A stretch of DNA of 61,380 nt, filler included, from Dirinaria sp. TL-2023a (Eukaryota), in assembly GCA_051941275.1 (NCBI GenBank). It is 6 parts of 6 records of this genome, joined end to end, with 100 filler letters (N's around TTAATTAATTAA, not from the genome) between each part and the next. Parts side by side here need not be neighbours in the genome. Positions count along the whole stretch, not along the records: positions 10,277 to 20,442 come from JAVEBF010000971.1; positions 20,543 to 30,706 come from JAVEBF010000972.1; 4 more parts are not named here. One strand, 5' to 3'. The notes beneath the pieces are model-generated. The model was not told where the DNA came from. It did no database searches and saw nothing but the letters and a program-made list of their open reading frames with translations. The position numbers and the translations under genes are program-made. Every line of letters starts with the position of its first letter. The first letter of the stretch is position 1. Below, in pieces: positions 11,124-23,389 of this stretch.

Positions 11124-11999
11124 TCACGAGTCAGCCTGACGACGACAGATATCAAGGATGCCAAGATCAGTAAGACAGCGGACGAAAACGATGGCCTCGG
11201 TGTAACATCCTCGCCGGCGGCCGGTGCAATTAGGATCGGCCTCGCCTACTACCTGCCAATCTTGCTCCAATGCCTCTACCATCTTACTTCTGGCCACAGG
11301 GAAGATATAGATCGCCGAGCAGATGGGACATTTGCGTTTCAAGCCAAACCTCTGGCCCTCGTAAGCCATGCCCAGGATTGGAGATCCCTCTCTGGAGAAC
11401 GTCTCGTTAATGCTTGAAGGCAGATTATGGCGCCAATGAGCTTGGAGGTCCTTCATTGCAGTCTCTTTGGCACTTGCCAGTTGATGCATGAGCTGCACCC
11501 TCTCAGAATTGTCTTGGAGACCTTTAATTCTGCTTCTCATCGTTTCTTCAGTTCGGCCCAGTAGCTTCGCCATCCGGTCATGATAGTTGCGGACCGCCCT
11601 TTCGACAAGAGCATTGAGAAGCCCCTGTTCATCGATTGTGAATCGAGCTTGTCGTAGATCCCTGGCCCATCCCTGAAGATCAGAGACCCCCGGTTGCTGG
11701 GCTCCGCTCAGAATTTCTGCTTTGGACAGAGCGTCTCCCCATTTGTACAATGTCGAGCCGGTAAAGAGGGTTTTGCCCGTCCAGAGGGCACAAACACAAG
11801 CCACAGATCCAACACCTAGGTTGGTCCGCTCCGGCTTGAGCCTGTATATTGCTTTCCATGCGACGCTGCTCAGACGGTGGAAGCCTGTCTGTAAGGGGGT
11901 TTGTATTGGTTCGGCAGGTGGGAGATCTTTAAGGGAGCCTACGAAAAAGCACAAGTCAGCTAGGCTCGACGTCGTCAATTGCAGCAGTCGAGGTGCCAA
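11124..11999 (-). CDS. Orphan ORF (291 codons, 5' end uncertain) with CPIC and downstream GCYTEA motifs; possible zinc/deaminase-like domain
   Basis: Long stop-free frame with globular composition and no ATG near its 5' end. Probably a downstream exon or a degraded gene. Confidence 0.5.
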   Translation of the reverse strand: MAPRLLQLTTSSLADLCFFVGSLKDLPPAEPIQTPLQTGFHRLSSVAWKAIYRLKPERTNLGVGSVACVCALWTGKTLFTGSTLYKWGDALSKAEILSGAQQPGVSDLQGWARDLRQARFTIDEQGLLNALVERAVRNYHDRMAKLLGRTEETMRSRIKGLQDNSERVQLMHQLASAKETAMKDLQAHWRHNLPSSINETFSREGSPILGMAYEGQRFGLKRKCPICSAIYIFPVARSKMVEALEQDWQVVGEADPNCTGRRRGCYTEAIVFVRCLTDLGILDICRRQADS

Positions 12000-12312
12000 G
12001 GAAGCCTTCTATCTGTCCTACTCCTAACTCCAAAGTAACTAGCCACCACACTTAGAGCACTGTGGATCGATGGTACTTGTCAATTGACGAAGCAGCGTGT
12101 GCATCAGCTCACAATGCGGGAATAACATGGAGAACAAGTTCAGAAACAAGATTGAATGAGAAGATTGGATGAACGGCTTGAGAAAGAAAATGCAGCCAAC
12201 CGATTGACCGCTGAAAGCAAGTCATGCCAGTGCGAGGAAGCCCCAGCTCAAGGATGCGCTGTACTCTTCAAGGGTTGCATCCCAATAGAGGAGGGACGTA
12301 GCATTATTGCCA

Positions 12313-12861
12313 TCATGAAGTGGACTCACCTAGCCAATGTCCAATCGTCTCGTTGCTTACCGTCGACCAACTCCTCTTGGAGATGAGGATCGCTTGCATT
12401 AAAATCTCTGGCAAAGTCCTCATGGTCGTCTCGGTTTGCGGTAGATCGGCCGGGAACTGCACAAGGTCAGCGAATTTCCATAACAAGGATGCATGCTTCT
12501 GGTTTCCTACGGCATAGCTACCCTGCCACATCCACACTTTGTGTGAGAAGACTTTGAAACAGTCATTGAGCAAGTTCATGATACTAGATAAAGTGACGGT
12601 AGTTCCATCAAGGAACCGTGCCGCTGGGGCACCGTCCAATTCCTTCCGAGCGTCAAGTTTGACGAGACAGCCACGGATCTGGTCCATGAGGGGTCCAACC
12701 CAAGTGTTTTCCGCCACGAGGATGTATGTTGCAGCCTCTTTCCAGAGCGCCGCCACCTCCGTCTTTCCTCCCTCCGTAAAGGAGAGAAGGTCATCTATGG
12801 TATCATCAAAAACGGTAATCAGATCCACTAGGTTGAGGGCCAGGATCGCTTGCCTTTTCAA
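12313..12861 (-). CDS. Orphan helical ORF fragment, possibly an upstream exon of the 11124-11999 ORF
   Basis: 182-codon frame lacking an ATG start. A GTGAGT donor-like site lies at its 3' end (about 12329). Same strand as the next ORF and about 310 bp upstream of it. Confidence 0.35.
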   Translation of the reverse strand: MKRQAILALNLVDLITVFDDTIDDLLSFTEGGKTEVAALWKEAATYILVAENTWVGPLMDQIRGCLVKLDARKELDGAPAARFLDGTTVTLSSIMNLLNDCFKVFSHKVWMWQGSYAVGNQKHASLLWKFADLVQFPADLPQTETTMRTLPEILMQAILISKRSWSTVSNETIGHWLGESTS

Positions 12862-13205
12862 GTTCCTTGTGCCACCTCTTTTGGGATAGCAATGGCTGGA
12901 TGAGAAGTTTGAGCGGGATATAAAAAAAAACAGAGCTCTGCAATCATCAATAATTCCCTCAACTAATTTCTGTTGATTTGATTGAGGTGAATTAGTGGCT
13001 TGGCACTGCGTGAATCATCCTTTGAGCCAAGTATTGAAAGCGAAGTAGGTATTTAAAGTGAAGGAGTTCCCTCACTTAAAGTCCCTTACCTCTTTCCATT
13101 CCTCTCCACTCATCCACTCCACCCACTATCTTCTCCACTCTACGCTCCGTAACTCCTTCCGTTCCATTTCCAAAATTTGCGAACAGGACCAAGCCATCAA
13201 GAATC

Positions 13206-14438
13206 ATGGCCCAGGTTCGAACCGTTGAAGATGTCTTCGATAAAATCTATCAAGAAGCCTGCGAAAGTGGAGCTGTCTATAAGATCCGAACATTTGGTCG
13301 GTACATAGACGATGAAATAGAGAAATCACGTCGAACCTATCCTTTCATGGCCGATGTAACAGCGCTCGATTATTTCACATGGAAGGTCAGAGAAAACACA
13401 CAACAAAAGCAACTTGCATTGGCCCGAGCAAAGCCTACGCCCGAACAATTCTGGAAAGCGGCCTATGAGTTCGATCCACTCGGCAGTTCAACAGGTACAG
13501 TAACGGAACTGCAGGAGATACTGAGCACCAGGCATTTAGAGTCTGTGCCTTTGGGCAAGCTCTATGGCCTAAATGAGGCCAAACTTGAGCTCATTCCAGG
13601 CATGGGAGCTCTGCCAACAACAGAAGCCACAGACCTTCCCGATCTGCATTACGCCGCAACAGACTCGGGGGCAATCAGCTATCCCGACGGACACCCTTCG
13701 GAGTTTGATGAGCCCAGACTAATAGTCACGTCCTTGGCCGACAACAAACTGCGTCGTTCCGCTAGTCTTGGCTGGGTTATACATGTGCGGCCGGATGGGT
13801 CTTGGCGTAAGACAGGGCATGTCCTCGTCATGGATATGGATGCAGGAAGGGATCGCCATCCATGGTTCGTTCTTGCGTCAGAATGGCCGTCGGACTTTGA
13901 AGACGTCGACGGAGGCTTCACTACTTACGCTGAGAGGAAGGTTTTCCGCGACGACGCTACACAGCCAGGAGTATTACCAAGCGGTGGCAAGAATCGGACA
14001 CCTGTTGCCAAGGTTTACGTGAATCAAGAGAAAGATACCAGTGAACTTCCAATGCTAAAGCGGTTTGGACCCGATTTCGAATTCGAACTCATCAGACTTG
14101 GTGGTACCAGGTCATACGACGAAAATGACCGAAAATACGGTCCTGACCTTGCGCACGTCATGGAATGGTACTGGGACCCCGCGACAGAGGAAGAGGTCTG
14201 CTTCGACAAACGTGGCAAAGAGTATATGAGATACGATCGACGAACCAAGCAATATACTTATCCGGAATGGGATCATCTACATCGGTCAGTCGTTGGCGAA
14301 TCGGCTTTGTTCGGAACCCTGACACCTCCGAGCTCTGACTCGAGTTTTGGCCCGCTCTCCGCCCGCCTAATAAGTGGTCCGGAACCATCTACGCAGCAGA
14401 GAAGGCAACGAGAAACATCGACTGCAGCAAACTTTTAA
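13206..14438 (+). CDS. Intronless hypothetical protein (410 aa), no recognised domain
   Basis: Good start context (gaatcATGG) after a CT-rich leader. Long ORF with a Trp/aromatic-rich globular core (LGWVIHVRPDGSWRKTGHVLVMD...RHPWFVLASEW). Confidence 0.75.
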   Translation: MAQVRTVEDVFDKIYQEACESGAVYKIRTFGRYIDDEIEKSRRTYPFMADVTALDYFTWKVRENTQQKQLALARAKPTPEQFWKAAYEFDPLGSSTGTVTELQEILSTRHLESVPLGKLYGLNEAKLELIPGMGALPTTEATDLPDLHYAATDSGAISYPDGHPSEFDEPRLIVTSLADNKLRRSASLGWVIHVRPDGSWRKTGHVLVMDMDAGRDRHPWFVLASEWPSDFEDVDGGFTTYAERKVFRDDATQPGVLPSGGKNRTPVAKVYVNQEKDTSELPMLKRFGPDFEFELIRLGGTRSYDENDRKYGPDLAHVMEWYWDPATEEEVCFDKRGKEYMRYDRRTKQYTYPEWDHLHRSVVGESALFGTLTPPSSDSSFGPLSARLISGPEPSTQQRRQRETSTAANF

Positions 14439-14904
14439 GCTAAGCTGTTTTAATTCTCGTAGGACATATATTCCTTGCCAAAAACCGTCCCTGGCGGGCA
14501 TTAAAAGTTCTGGTATCTCGTGCAGTTGGAGAACGCGTCCAAGCTAAGAGACTAAATTGGACATATTATCGGAGGAACGTGGATGTGGAATGTTGGTTGA
14601 TAGAAACTCGACAATAATAATAAGCACAGGTAGATTTGACCCAGTTCAAGTTGCCCCCAATGGAATGAGACTTTTACCGCGCTAATAAGCGCACTAATCA
14701 TCTTTACCCCTCACGCTTGGTAAGGAGGTACTCCGTAAGCCCGTAAAATAACTTAGTGTCCGGACTCCGGAACGGGCAAAACTTTCCCCGCCTCTGCCCC
14801 ACAATCCATACATTTTTTAGAGTGAGTTGCGCTTTCTCAATAGTCCGACAGGCCTGGTCCCTTCATGATACGGTGACCTCTCGAGTTCTTGCGCTGTCCC
14901 AGTC

Positions 14905-17669
14905 ATGGTTCAGGAACATAGTCTAGTAGTTCTACCCAGAAGTCCAAGTTCGTCGGCCCCTCATTACCAGGCTGCAGAAGTCTACTCTATAACAGGTCCT
15001 AGAAGGAAAAAACGATCAGAATTGGCTATAGCAATTGACGGGTACGGAACCAACATTTACGACGTATGTTGCAGTCATTTGGTCCTGGATTCTTTGCTTA
15101 TCCAGTATCCCAGATTCGATCCTCGAAACTGATAACCTCATACGCCGCCTCCCCTCTGGCATCTTTTACTTGCCCGCCATGTTCACTACGACGGCAAGAG
15201 ATCCCCTCGGCAGTATGGTCAAGGTTCACATATTGTTCCTCAACTACACCGAAACCAACATTGCACTGCTTTAAGCAAAGATCAATTCAGAGACACGACA
15301 TATCAACATCTACTTTTGAAATAAAAGGGTCCAACAGCCGCATCGTTCATCTGGACACATTCACAGATAGGGGCAATGATGGAGGCACCTCAAATACATA
15401 TCTGTTAGCTGTCCATGAGAATGGCCAGCTCAGGTGCTTTTCGGAGGATCTTCAATGTGAGTTGTGGGCAACTAGCTTCTCAACCGGAGATAGATATGGA
15501 AACTCCCAAGAAACGCTCCAAGTCGAACAAGCGTCTATAACAAGCCTAGAAAAGGCGCGGAAAGCAATGCTCAAGGGCAGAGAGGATTTGCTCACGGCCA
15601 TCCAGAGCAGGCAAACGGATCCAAGTATCCTCGTCCTTCTAACACGAGCCACTGAGGGCAGAGATAAGACACTAAAGCTTCAACTAGTATGTATTGGCCC
15701 ATCAGATCCAGGTTCCACCAAGCCTACCGGAGAGCCAAGTAGGATTTTAGGTCCATTACTAGCGACAAGTATCCCTGAATCGAGTCCCCCAACGAAGGAA
15801 ACGGCTCAACTTTCCTTTCACGTAACAAGCGGAACTATCTATCAAACGCACGGTCCAACTCTCCGTGTATACATCGTCAGAGGAATGATCGCACAGCTTG
15901 AACGAACGGTGTATTTAGGCCACCATGGAACCTCCAGCTGCCTCCGTATTTCGCAATCACTGATTGCCGATACTGTAGCTTCATCGATATTCGTTTTTGA
16001 CTTGAACTATTCAGCGATCCAAGCTCAACACTTGTCAAGCAGTCCAGATGAAGCTTTGACGCCTATATCATCTCAAAAGAAGCAAAAGAACATTCGAAAA
16101 GAGCCTGCCCAGTCGAGTTTTAGGCTCTTGTCTTACTTCCACAATTTGGACATGGTCGTAGCCCTTAAAGGACGACAGCTTCTGACCTTTCAATTCGACA
16201 AAACAGTGGCACAGACTTCTAGTAGCCCGATCAGAAAGAGAAAGCGTGATAGTCTGCTGATAGATTCGATCGGTTATGGCAGTGTGTCCTCGGAAAAAAG
16301 AAGGGCTCATCCTCCCTCTAGCAAGTTAATCGTTGGTCGACCCCTCATAGGACACGACCAAACTTACGAATGGAATAAATTAAAGGCACTGTTAGAAGAT
16401 CATCTTTCCAGTGGGGAGCAAATCAGATTTGACTCCTTATTGTCCTCAGAAATTCAAGTGGATGTGCCAGTAAACCAATCAAAAGACCCAAAACCCGGCA
16501 ATATTGACCGCCGAAAGGCTGACTATCTCCTCAGCCGGGTTTTCTCGGTCGAAATCAAACGGTCGTTTGAATCGAATGCTGGTGTAAAGAGACTGAAAGT
16601 CAGCAACTACTTTCCCAACGTCTGCGACTTGTTGATTCGCAAAGGTTTGTTCGCCATCAACGAGGTGGAGACCGCTTTGAGACACGAGGGCCTACTATCA
16701 TTTGATGACGGTATAGAGGCTACCGCTGTTTGCGAAGCTCTGGCTGAGCATGATTCGTCCTTGCGCACCGTTCTTTCGTTGATCCAAAGTCCAGCTCGAT
16801 TAGCTGCGAAAGATATCGTCTGCGCGCTACAAATCTCCCTAAGACAGTCTACAGATGGAAAGGCCCAGCATAACACAAAACTCCTCACTTATCGAGAGGA
16901 AAGTATTCAGAGTGCCTCAAAGAGTCTAATGGGCAATGATGGCGCACTACACGAAGATCCCTTGTCTCCCTGTGTTAGTGCTGGAAACCAGACATCGGCC
17001 TACGAAATCTTTCTCACAGCGATCAGACGGCTCTATGATTGCCCATCGCGATATGTCAGTGCGGCAGTTGCAGAAGTACTCTCACCATCCGATATGCAAT
17101 ACCTTGTCGATATGCTTAGGCTTGAGCTTGCTCATAACGGCTGCCTCACGCCCTACATTGGGAACGGTCTTCATATGACGGCGGAGGATCAACCAGATAA
17201 TGCTCAAGTATGCGTCATCGCCCATACCCTCAATAGCGTCATCGATGCCATCGGCACAGCAGGATGGTTGCTGGGGAGTTGGGCTGGGGACGACCTCGCG
17301 GAGACTGCGGACACTCTGGCATACATGAACGCAGAGATTTCAGCAGCGTTGGAAGGCATTGAGGAGGCTACTTATCTAAAGAGTATGATTGGAGAAATGC
17401 TCCTATGCGGCAAACATTTCGGTTCCATCAAAACCAAGTTTTCACATCAGCTCATCTCAAAAATTCCCACAAAGCCCAGGCAGTCTGCCATCGTGTCCTT
17501 GGGATCTAGAGAGGATTCCGCATTACCTTTAGGACTGAAGCCTCCACAAACTATCAGTACGCATAAGCTTGGTGCTGGTGGTGAGCTGATCAGCCGGAGT
17601 GCGAGAGACATCGGAAGGCTCAAGAGCAAACTAGTACCGAAATATAGCTTTGAGCGTATTAGGTTTTGA
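14905..17669 (+). CDS. UTP8: U3 snoRNA-associated protein Utp8-like (beta-propeller plus helical C-terminus)
   Basis: Exon 1 ...RKKRSELAIAIDGYGTNIYD, intron 15064-15113, then IRSSKLITSYA...FTCPPCS. EISAALEGIEEATYL and C-terminal SARDIGRLKSKLVPKYSFERI are typical of fungal Utp8. Confidence 0.8.
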
Positions 17670-17863
17670 AAGCAGCCGCATTAACGATATCTGAGTTCCT
17701 GCGCTTTCCATGACTCAATAGCACCTGAAACCCTGTGAAAACCAGCCTCCGCCAGTGTAGCCATCAGTAGTCTCATGGTAATTGAGCTATATTACAACTT
17801 GCCCACTGATTTACGTGGACGAGGTATAGCGCTGCCGCTCTATGTACTAGACATTAACACGAC

Positions 17864-18712
17864 TCACGCCGCGGCCTGCTGAAGTGTAGATTCTTCTCCT
17901 TCTGGAGGTCCCTGCATGCCCGGGTCTGCCATCTCGTACGCTGGGAAAGCCGCCGTGTACCGACTCCTGTCTAGTGAACGATGCTCCACTTTCTCCGGCC
18001 ATTTTTCTGCATACTCCTTGTCTATCGTATCTGCCCATCGTATATTGACACCATCTAAAGCTCCTATAGCTGCCGCCTCCACTGAGTGCTTCCCTTTTGA
18101 TGCTTTCTCCCTATTAACCTTATCCCAGAATTTTCTGGTTCGCTTTTTGCGTTTTGTCGTCTCTTGCGATGAGTTAACCTCATCTTGCAATAGTACGGCT
18201 GCTAAATCGGCTACTGTGTTGGCGCGCTGGTTCATGAGCACTTTGCTCCTCCTTTTCTGAGGTAGGAGGTTGCCATTTTCGGTAATGATCTCGAGATCGT
18301 AGGACGTTTCATGAAGACGCCTAAACTCTCGGAGCTTGCGATAGATGTTCAAGCCCTGAATTGAGGAAGGGAATTCAACGAGGGCGAAGGGCAGCCACAT
18401 GTCTTTCCGAATTTTGGCAGGCACGGTTTTCTTGCCCAAGAAAGGTAGCTGTTTAAGGGCGGCATTGTTCTGCGGCAGTCTCAGTCAGGCGCGTACGCAC
18501 GTAGAGCTCGTTAAGAGGAGTCATACGTTAATTGATCGGGTTAAAGAATATACGACCTGGTTCGTGCGAACGTTCCTGTATATGAAGATATGGTTGCCAT
18601 GCTTTGCTTGGATGGGTTCTACTGGCCGCACAGCATTGAGGCCTCTTCGCCAGCTGCTGTAAGTAGTCCCATCTCCCCGGAGCCGGGTGAACAAGGAAGC
18701 AGCTGGCCTCAT
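17864..18712 (-). CDS. MHR1: Mitochondrial ribosomal protein mL67 / Mhr1
   Basis: HGNHIFIYRNVRTNQVVYSL, intron 18526-18470, LKQLPFLGKKTVPAKIRKDMWLP...YRKLREFRRLHE and LMNQRANTVADLAAVL. Confidence 0.9.
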
Positions 18713-19021
18713 TGGAGCCAGATATAAGAAGACTGAATCGTAGACGTAGCTCAGCTGCTCTTATACTGAGGCAGGAAAGGTTTTGACTAGGATGCCGAAC
18801 TGGCGGAATGAGCGAGTGTCGCTTTCTCTTTTTCGGCGACTCCAAACTTCGAAAGTTTTCACCATGAGCTCATCAGAAGTACAGTCCCAGTCAGCAAAGC
18901 ACCAATTACCTGACACTAGTGCCACACAAAGCAAGGAGGTACTAGGTGGTAATTGAAGCACAAGCAATGCCACTCAAACAGGACCCCACTAAGCACCAAC
19001 AATGTGCTGATACTGCGCGCA

Positions 19022-20442
19022 ATGACGGAGCATGTACAATCAACCGGCAATGATCGTTCTACTTACATTGCCCGCTTCGAAGGTTCTTCTCAGGAAAGAA
19101 CATGGCTACTACCTTCGGTATGTTTCTCTAGGCAGCGTATGAAGCAGCATTGGGCTGCAGAACATCGCTAAAACCCAGCCCTTCCACACTACAGAATCGA
19201 AAATTGAGACATCTTGAAGGAATATCTCTGCGCAACCTCTCCCTCTCGCTCCCACCGCCCAGACATCGTGGAAAAACGACAGATGATGACTCCCTTCCAC
19301 ACGCGCTCAGAACGCCAACCAAAGCCCTTGCGCAGCGTGAGGCCCATAAGCTGGAGCACTCCCGGTCTTCGAACGACCTCAAATCGCGGCCAAGCCTCAA
19401 TGGCAGCATACATACACAGAAGGAGCAGGAAACCTTGACTCGGTCGCCAGAGAGCAAGTCCAGAGGTGGACGCCAAAAATTAAGGAGACGGAGCACGCTG
19501 AATTGGACCAATGCGCCTTTGGAAACGAGGCAGAAGAAGCTCGAAAATGCTGTAACAGAGCGATCGGCCGATACGTTCTTCTCTCTACATTGCTCCGGAA
19601 TCGAGAAACCCATCTATGTTAGCGAGGTCATAAAGAGCGCCTTGAATCCGAGCTTCAGGTTCTTCGATCTCAACGTCTACGGCCCGTGGATCACGCGGAG
19701 GGATGAGTTGACGATCAAGTACTGGGCGAAGACGAGGAGCTCAACAGATTTCCTGCTGTTAATCGAGCTGCAAGTCAGTTTCCGCTCACTGCAATTCATA
19801 GGCAAGACTGTACGTCCTTCAAGATTATTCCTGAGTCTAGGTAGGAAGCTAAAGTCAAATAGCTCGAGAGCTTTCACCACCCATTGCCCCACAATTGTAT
19901 CCTCTTCCACCTGTCGGACGGCATCTACACCAGCTTCACCGACCTCCCCCTCGACGAAGATCTTTCGACCCCTTACAAACCTCTCAAGAGCTTCTCCCAG
20001 CCGGTACAACCAACATCTTCTTTCGACGCGTTAATGCGCCTCTCCAATCTCGATGACTGCATCCAAGATGCTCTATCCGTACGTGAGAAGCTCTCTTCCC
20101 AGATCGCCTCCCTCGTACAAGAACAGCATTCCTCCCGCTCACTCATCACCTCAACCGCAAGCGCCCAGTCCTCGCTCGACTCAACCAATTGCGCCCTCAA
20201 CGCCGCACGCAAATCCTTGCGCGCAGCTCAAAACCGCCGCTCCGAGCTACAAGCAAGCCTCGCCGCCCGCCGCGCCGCCATCTCCTCCGGGACCCTCTTG
20301 CAGCAAAAAGCGCAATCCCACCTCTCCTCCGCGCAGGCGAACATGTCCTCCCGCTCCACGGTGCACGATACTACCAAGGCCTCGCTCCGCGGACAAATCC
20401 GGCGCATAGCCGAAGACCTACTCACCATCTACCCCATCGAGC
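19022..20442 (+). CDS. Vps38/UVRAG-like PI3K complex subunit, 3'-truncated by the contig end
   Basis: RTWLLPS, intron 19118-19194, NRKLRHLEGISLRNL. ADTFFSLH...PIYVSEVI..ALNPSF, second intron about 19810-19862, LPHNCILFHLSDGIYT, then coiled coil SSFDALMRLSNLDDCIQDAL. Runs into the linker. Confidence 0.85.
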
Positions 20443-20542
20443 NNNNNNNNNNNNNNNNNNNNNNNNNNNNNNNNNNNNNNNNNNNNTTAATTAATTAANN
20501 NNNNNNNNNNNNNNNNNNNNNNNNNNNNNNNNNNNNNNNNNN
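20443..20542. other. Artificial contig linker
   Basis: 44N-TTAATTAATTAA-44N. Confidence 0.99.
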
Positions 20543-20714
20543 GTTATCACAAATTGGGGTTGTGGTGAAGATCCTATTTTTTTGCATAGGGAGTGGCTCA
20601 GACGAATACGCTAGATATTCAGGTGTGGAGTGCGAAGCGCTTTCAGACCGTGACTCGGCTGGCAGGAAATGTACAGGGCTTTCTGCTTTGGATTTTTTTT
20701 TCTTTCTTGGATAC

Positions 20715-22239
20715 TCATCTTATCGTGTTCTCCTCGACCTCAACATCAACTTCCAGCCCTACCGGCACCTTATCCTCACGCGGCCTCTCCTCTGACACAG
20801 GAGGATTGTAGCCAAATACCCCCATGCCTAGCATGGAACCGGCCTCTCCCATCTGCGATAGACTCTTCCTCTGCGGTGCGGGATCGCTTCGAACATTCGA
20901 ATATAGCAAGTAGCCTCCTACAGCTGCTGCCATCGACCCGAGCGCCAGCACTGATGGAATGATGATGGATGAGAGCGAGGATGTTCCGGCAGAGGTTGAT
21001 GTGTACGCGTGGGTATCGGCAGAGTCGATGAGTATGTCATCTCTGCCAAGATGATCGGCGAAAGGTAGAGAGTTGACCATGCCTGCCAAAAAAGTAGACC
21101 CCGCATCTCGTGGCCCCCTTTCGGCTGGTTTCCCCCATGGAAGTTTCTTGCTGTTTTGCCATTCTTCGGCCTTGGGGTCATCGACCAGAGTCTCACCGTC
21201 TGAGCCGATCAATGCGTGATCAACTTGTACCGGCCCGCCAAAGAAGTCTTTCGAAAGCCGCTTAACATACAAACACAATCCAGGATATCTCGCCATCATG
21301 GTCTCAGCCAACCATTTGTGGGGTACCGGCGGGACCAGCATCAAAGCCAGGTACGATAGAGCCACGCAATCCAAGCTCGACAATGTGTCCTCGGATAACA
21401 TATACCGCTTGTCACCAAGCATTTCCTGCAACGGTTCGAAAAACGCATCAGCCAATGCATCGAGCCTGAATCTCGCCGCGTGTTGCTGCTTCTCAATCGC
21501 ACCAGTGATCGTCTGCTTCGGAACCCGTAGTGATTGGGGTATATTATCCGATGCAGAGCGTAGGGCAGGATTTTGAGGCTCGTCAGTCACCGCATCGAGG
21601 TCAAGGGCCGAAAAGCCGAGATACTCGGTTCGCGCTTTCGCACTTGCACGTTTTTGCGGTGAAATGAACCATTGGGCTGGCCATTGCAGAAGACAGGACA
21701 AGGCGGGACGAGTAGTTGTCGTGTAGTTCTCACTTGAGACGTACAGACTAAGGTCTAGGAGGGGTTGGCCGTGGGCTTCGACGAAGGCGGAGAAGCTGAG
21801 TGGGGATTAGTAATTGCTCTGACTGAGACATTTGCCGAAAGGATGGAAGTGCGTACGCTGTAATGTCCGCCTTGTCTGTAGCCGAGAAGTTATTCGAATC
21901 GAGGTCCCAATGACGGTCTGGCGTCTCACTCAGGTGTTTGACTATGTTCCGAAAACCTCCTATCCATTTCGAGCCATCCCGAAGTGCGGGCAACGCCTCT
22001 GATGGGGTAGAGATATATCAGCCATTGACATAAAAACCGTGCGCCCTTGTTTCAACAGCGTGGTGTGACAGTGAAGAACCAGGCGTACCTGTTGGACTGA
22101 GAGAGTCATCGTTGCTCGCTATCAATACCCAACTATCGCGGGGTACGACTTGTCTCAGATATACGATAGCTGCCAGGCACTGGGGTTCAATGGAAGGAAG
22201 CGAAAACGCAGGACCCCAGATATGAAGCTCTAGGACCAT
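20715..22239 (-). CDS. SAM37: Mitochondrial SAM complex subunit Sam37/Tom37 (metaxin family), 3 exons
   Basis: MVLELHIWGPAFSLPSIEPQCLAAIVYL, LPALRDG...IGGF, GST-C-like SSLDCVALSYLAL and a C-terminal hydrophobic anchor. Confidence 0.88.
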
Positions 22240-23389
22240 GATCCTCTCGATCCTTCCGCGGTCGGGCCTGTTCTCACACCAAGCAACATGAAAACCACAG
22301 GACGAGGAGACGCGTGATTGGCGACTCCATCCGAGTGTCGTGAACAGAGAACAGGAAACGGGATGAAGTTGAGCAGGTGAAACTGTTCGATATTGGCCAT
22401 CGCTGATCCAACCCTTGCCAAGACTTTAGGGCTGCAGCGCCGATCACTTAATTCACCTTACCCTAAACCGCTACCTTGGTCTGGTTTGCTTTGCCTCGCT
22501 CAACATGGAAAATCATAAGGTAGCTTCCGGCTGGAATTGAGGCCGCTGTCATTATTGGTCACTGCCATGTTCCTTCAACCATGTTCAAAGGCGATTGAAG
22601 GTTTGTAAGTGTTCGCTGTTTCAATCAGCAATCATCTCACGATTCACTACGGTAATTCAGAACAGCATGCTGAGAAATACGGGCTGTTAGGAGATAAGGC
22701 AACATGTATTGTTTTCATTGTAGCCGCTCTATAAATAGTTATGAATCCTATGTACTTTGAATACTCAATGAGCCTCTCGCCTGTCCAAAACGCCTGTCTC
22801 CTCTATGGTTCTACCTGCCAGCAGCGGACAAGCTTGTGCGCCGCCCCAAGAACCGCATTTAGACACAGTCGGACCGAATGCGAGAGCATTTTCTATGCTT
22901 ACGCCCTGTGGAGGCGACTCGTGATTTGTTCCCTCTCAGCGGTTGTATGGGTATGCGTAACCGAACCAGCGTGGAAGTAGGTGGTGTTTAGCTAGATGTA
23001 GGATAATCAAAAACGGCCAATGGTGAAAGAGTGAAACGACTCGTGGCTGGCTGGGAGAGCCCGACACGCGAGGGAGGGTATAGGCACGCTGTTATACTTT
23101 GTTTTTGGCCTACGGCAGATGCTCCCAGCCTCGTTTGTAGGGTCTGGGCCATGGGTCGAGTGCGGTAAACGGTAGGAGCCCTCAAGGCTCATCATGTATT
23201 CGCCGCTGTCCAGCAGCTAGCGATGATGCGAGATTGCAGCGTCCTTCGAATATAGGGCAATGCCGCCGTCGTGGTAATGGCGAGGGGAAGTTGCTGAAAA
23301 GGTCCCTGATAATAGTGTGTCTCACAGGATATGTCCAAGCCGCCGAGAATAGGCCAAGAAAGTCTGTTCTGAAGTTGCCAAGAGATGGC

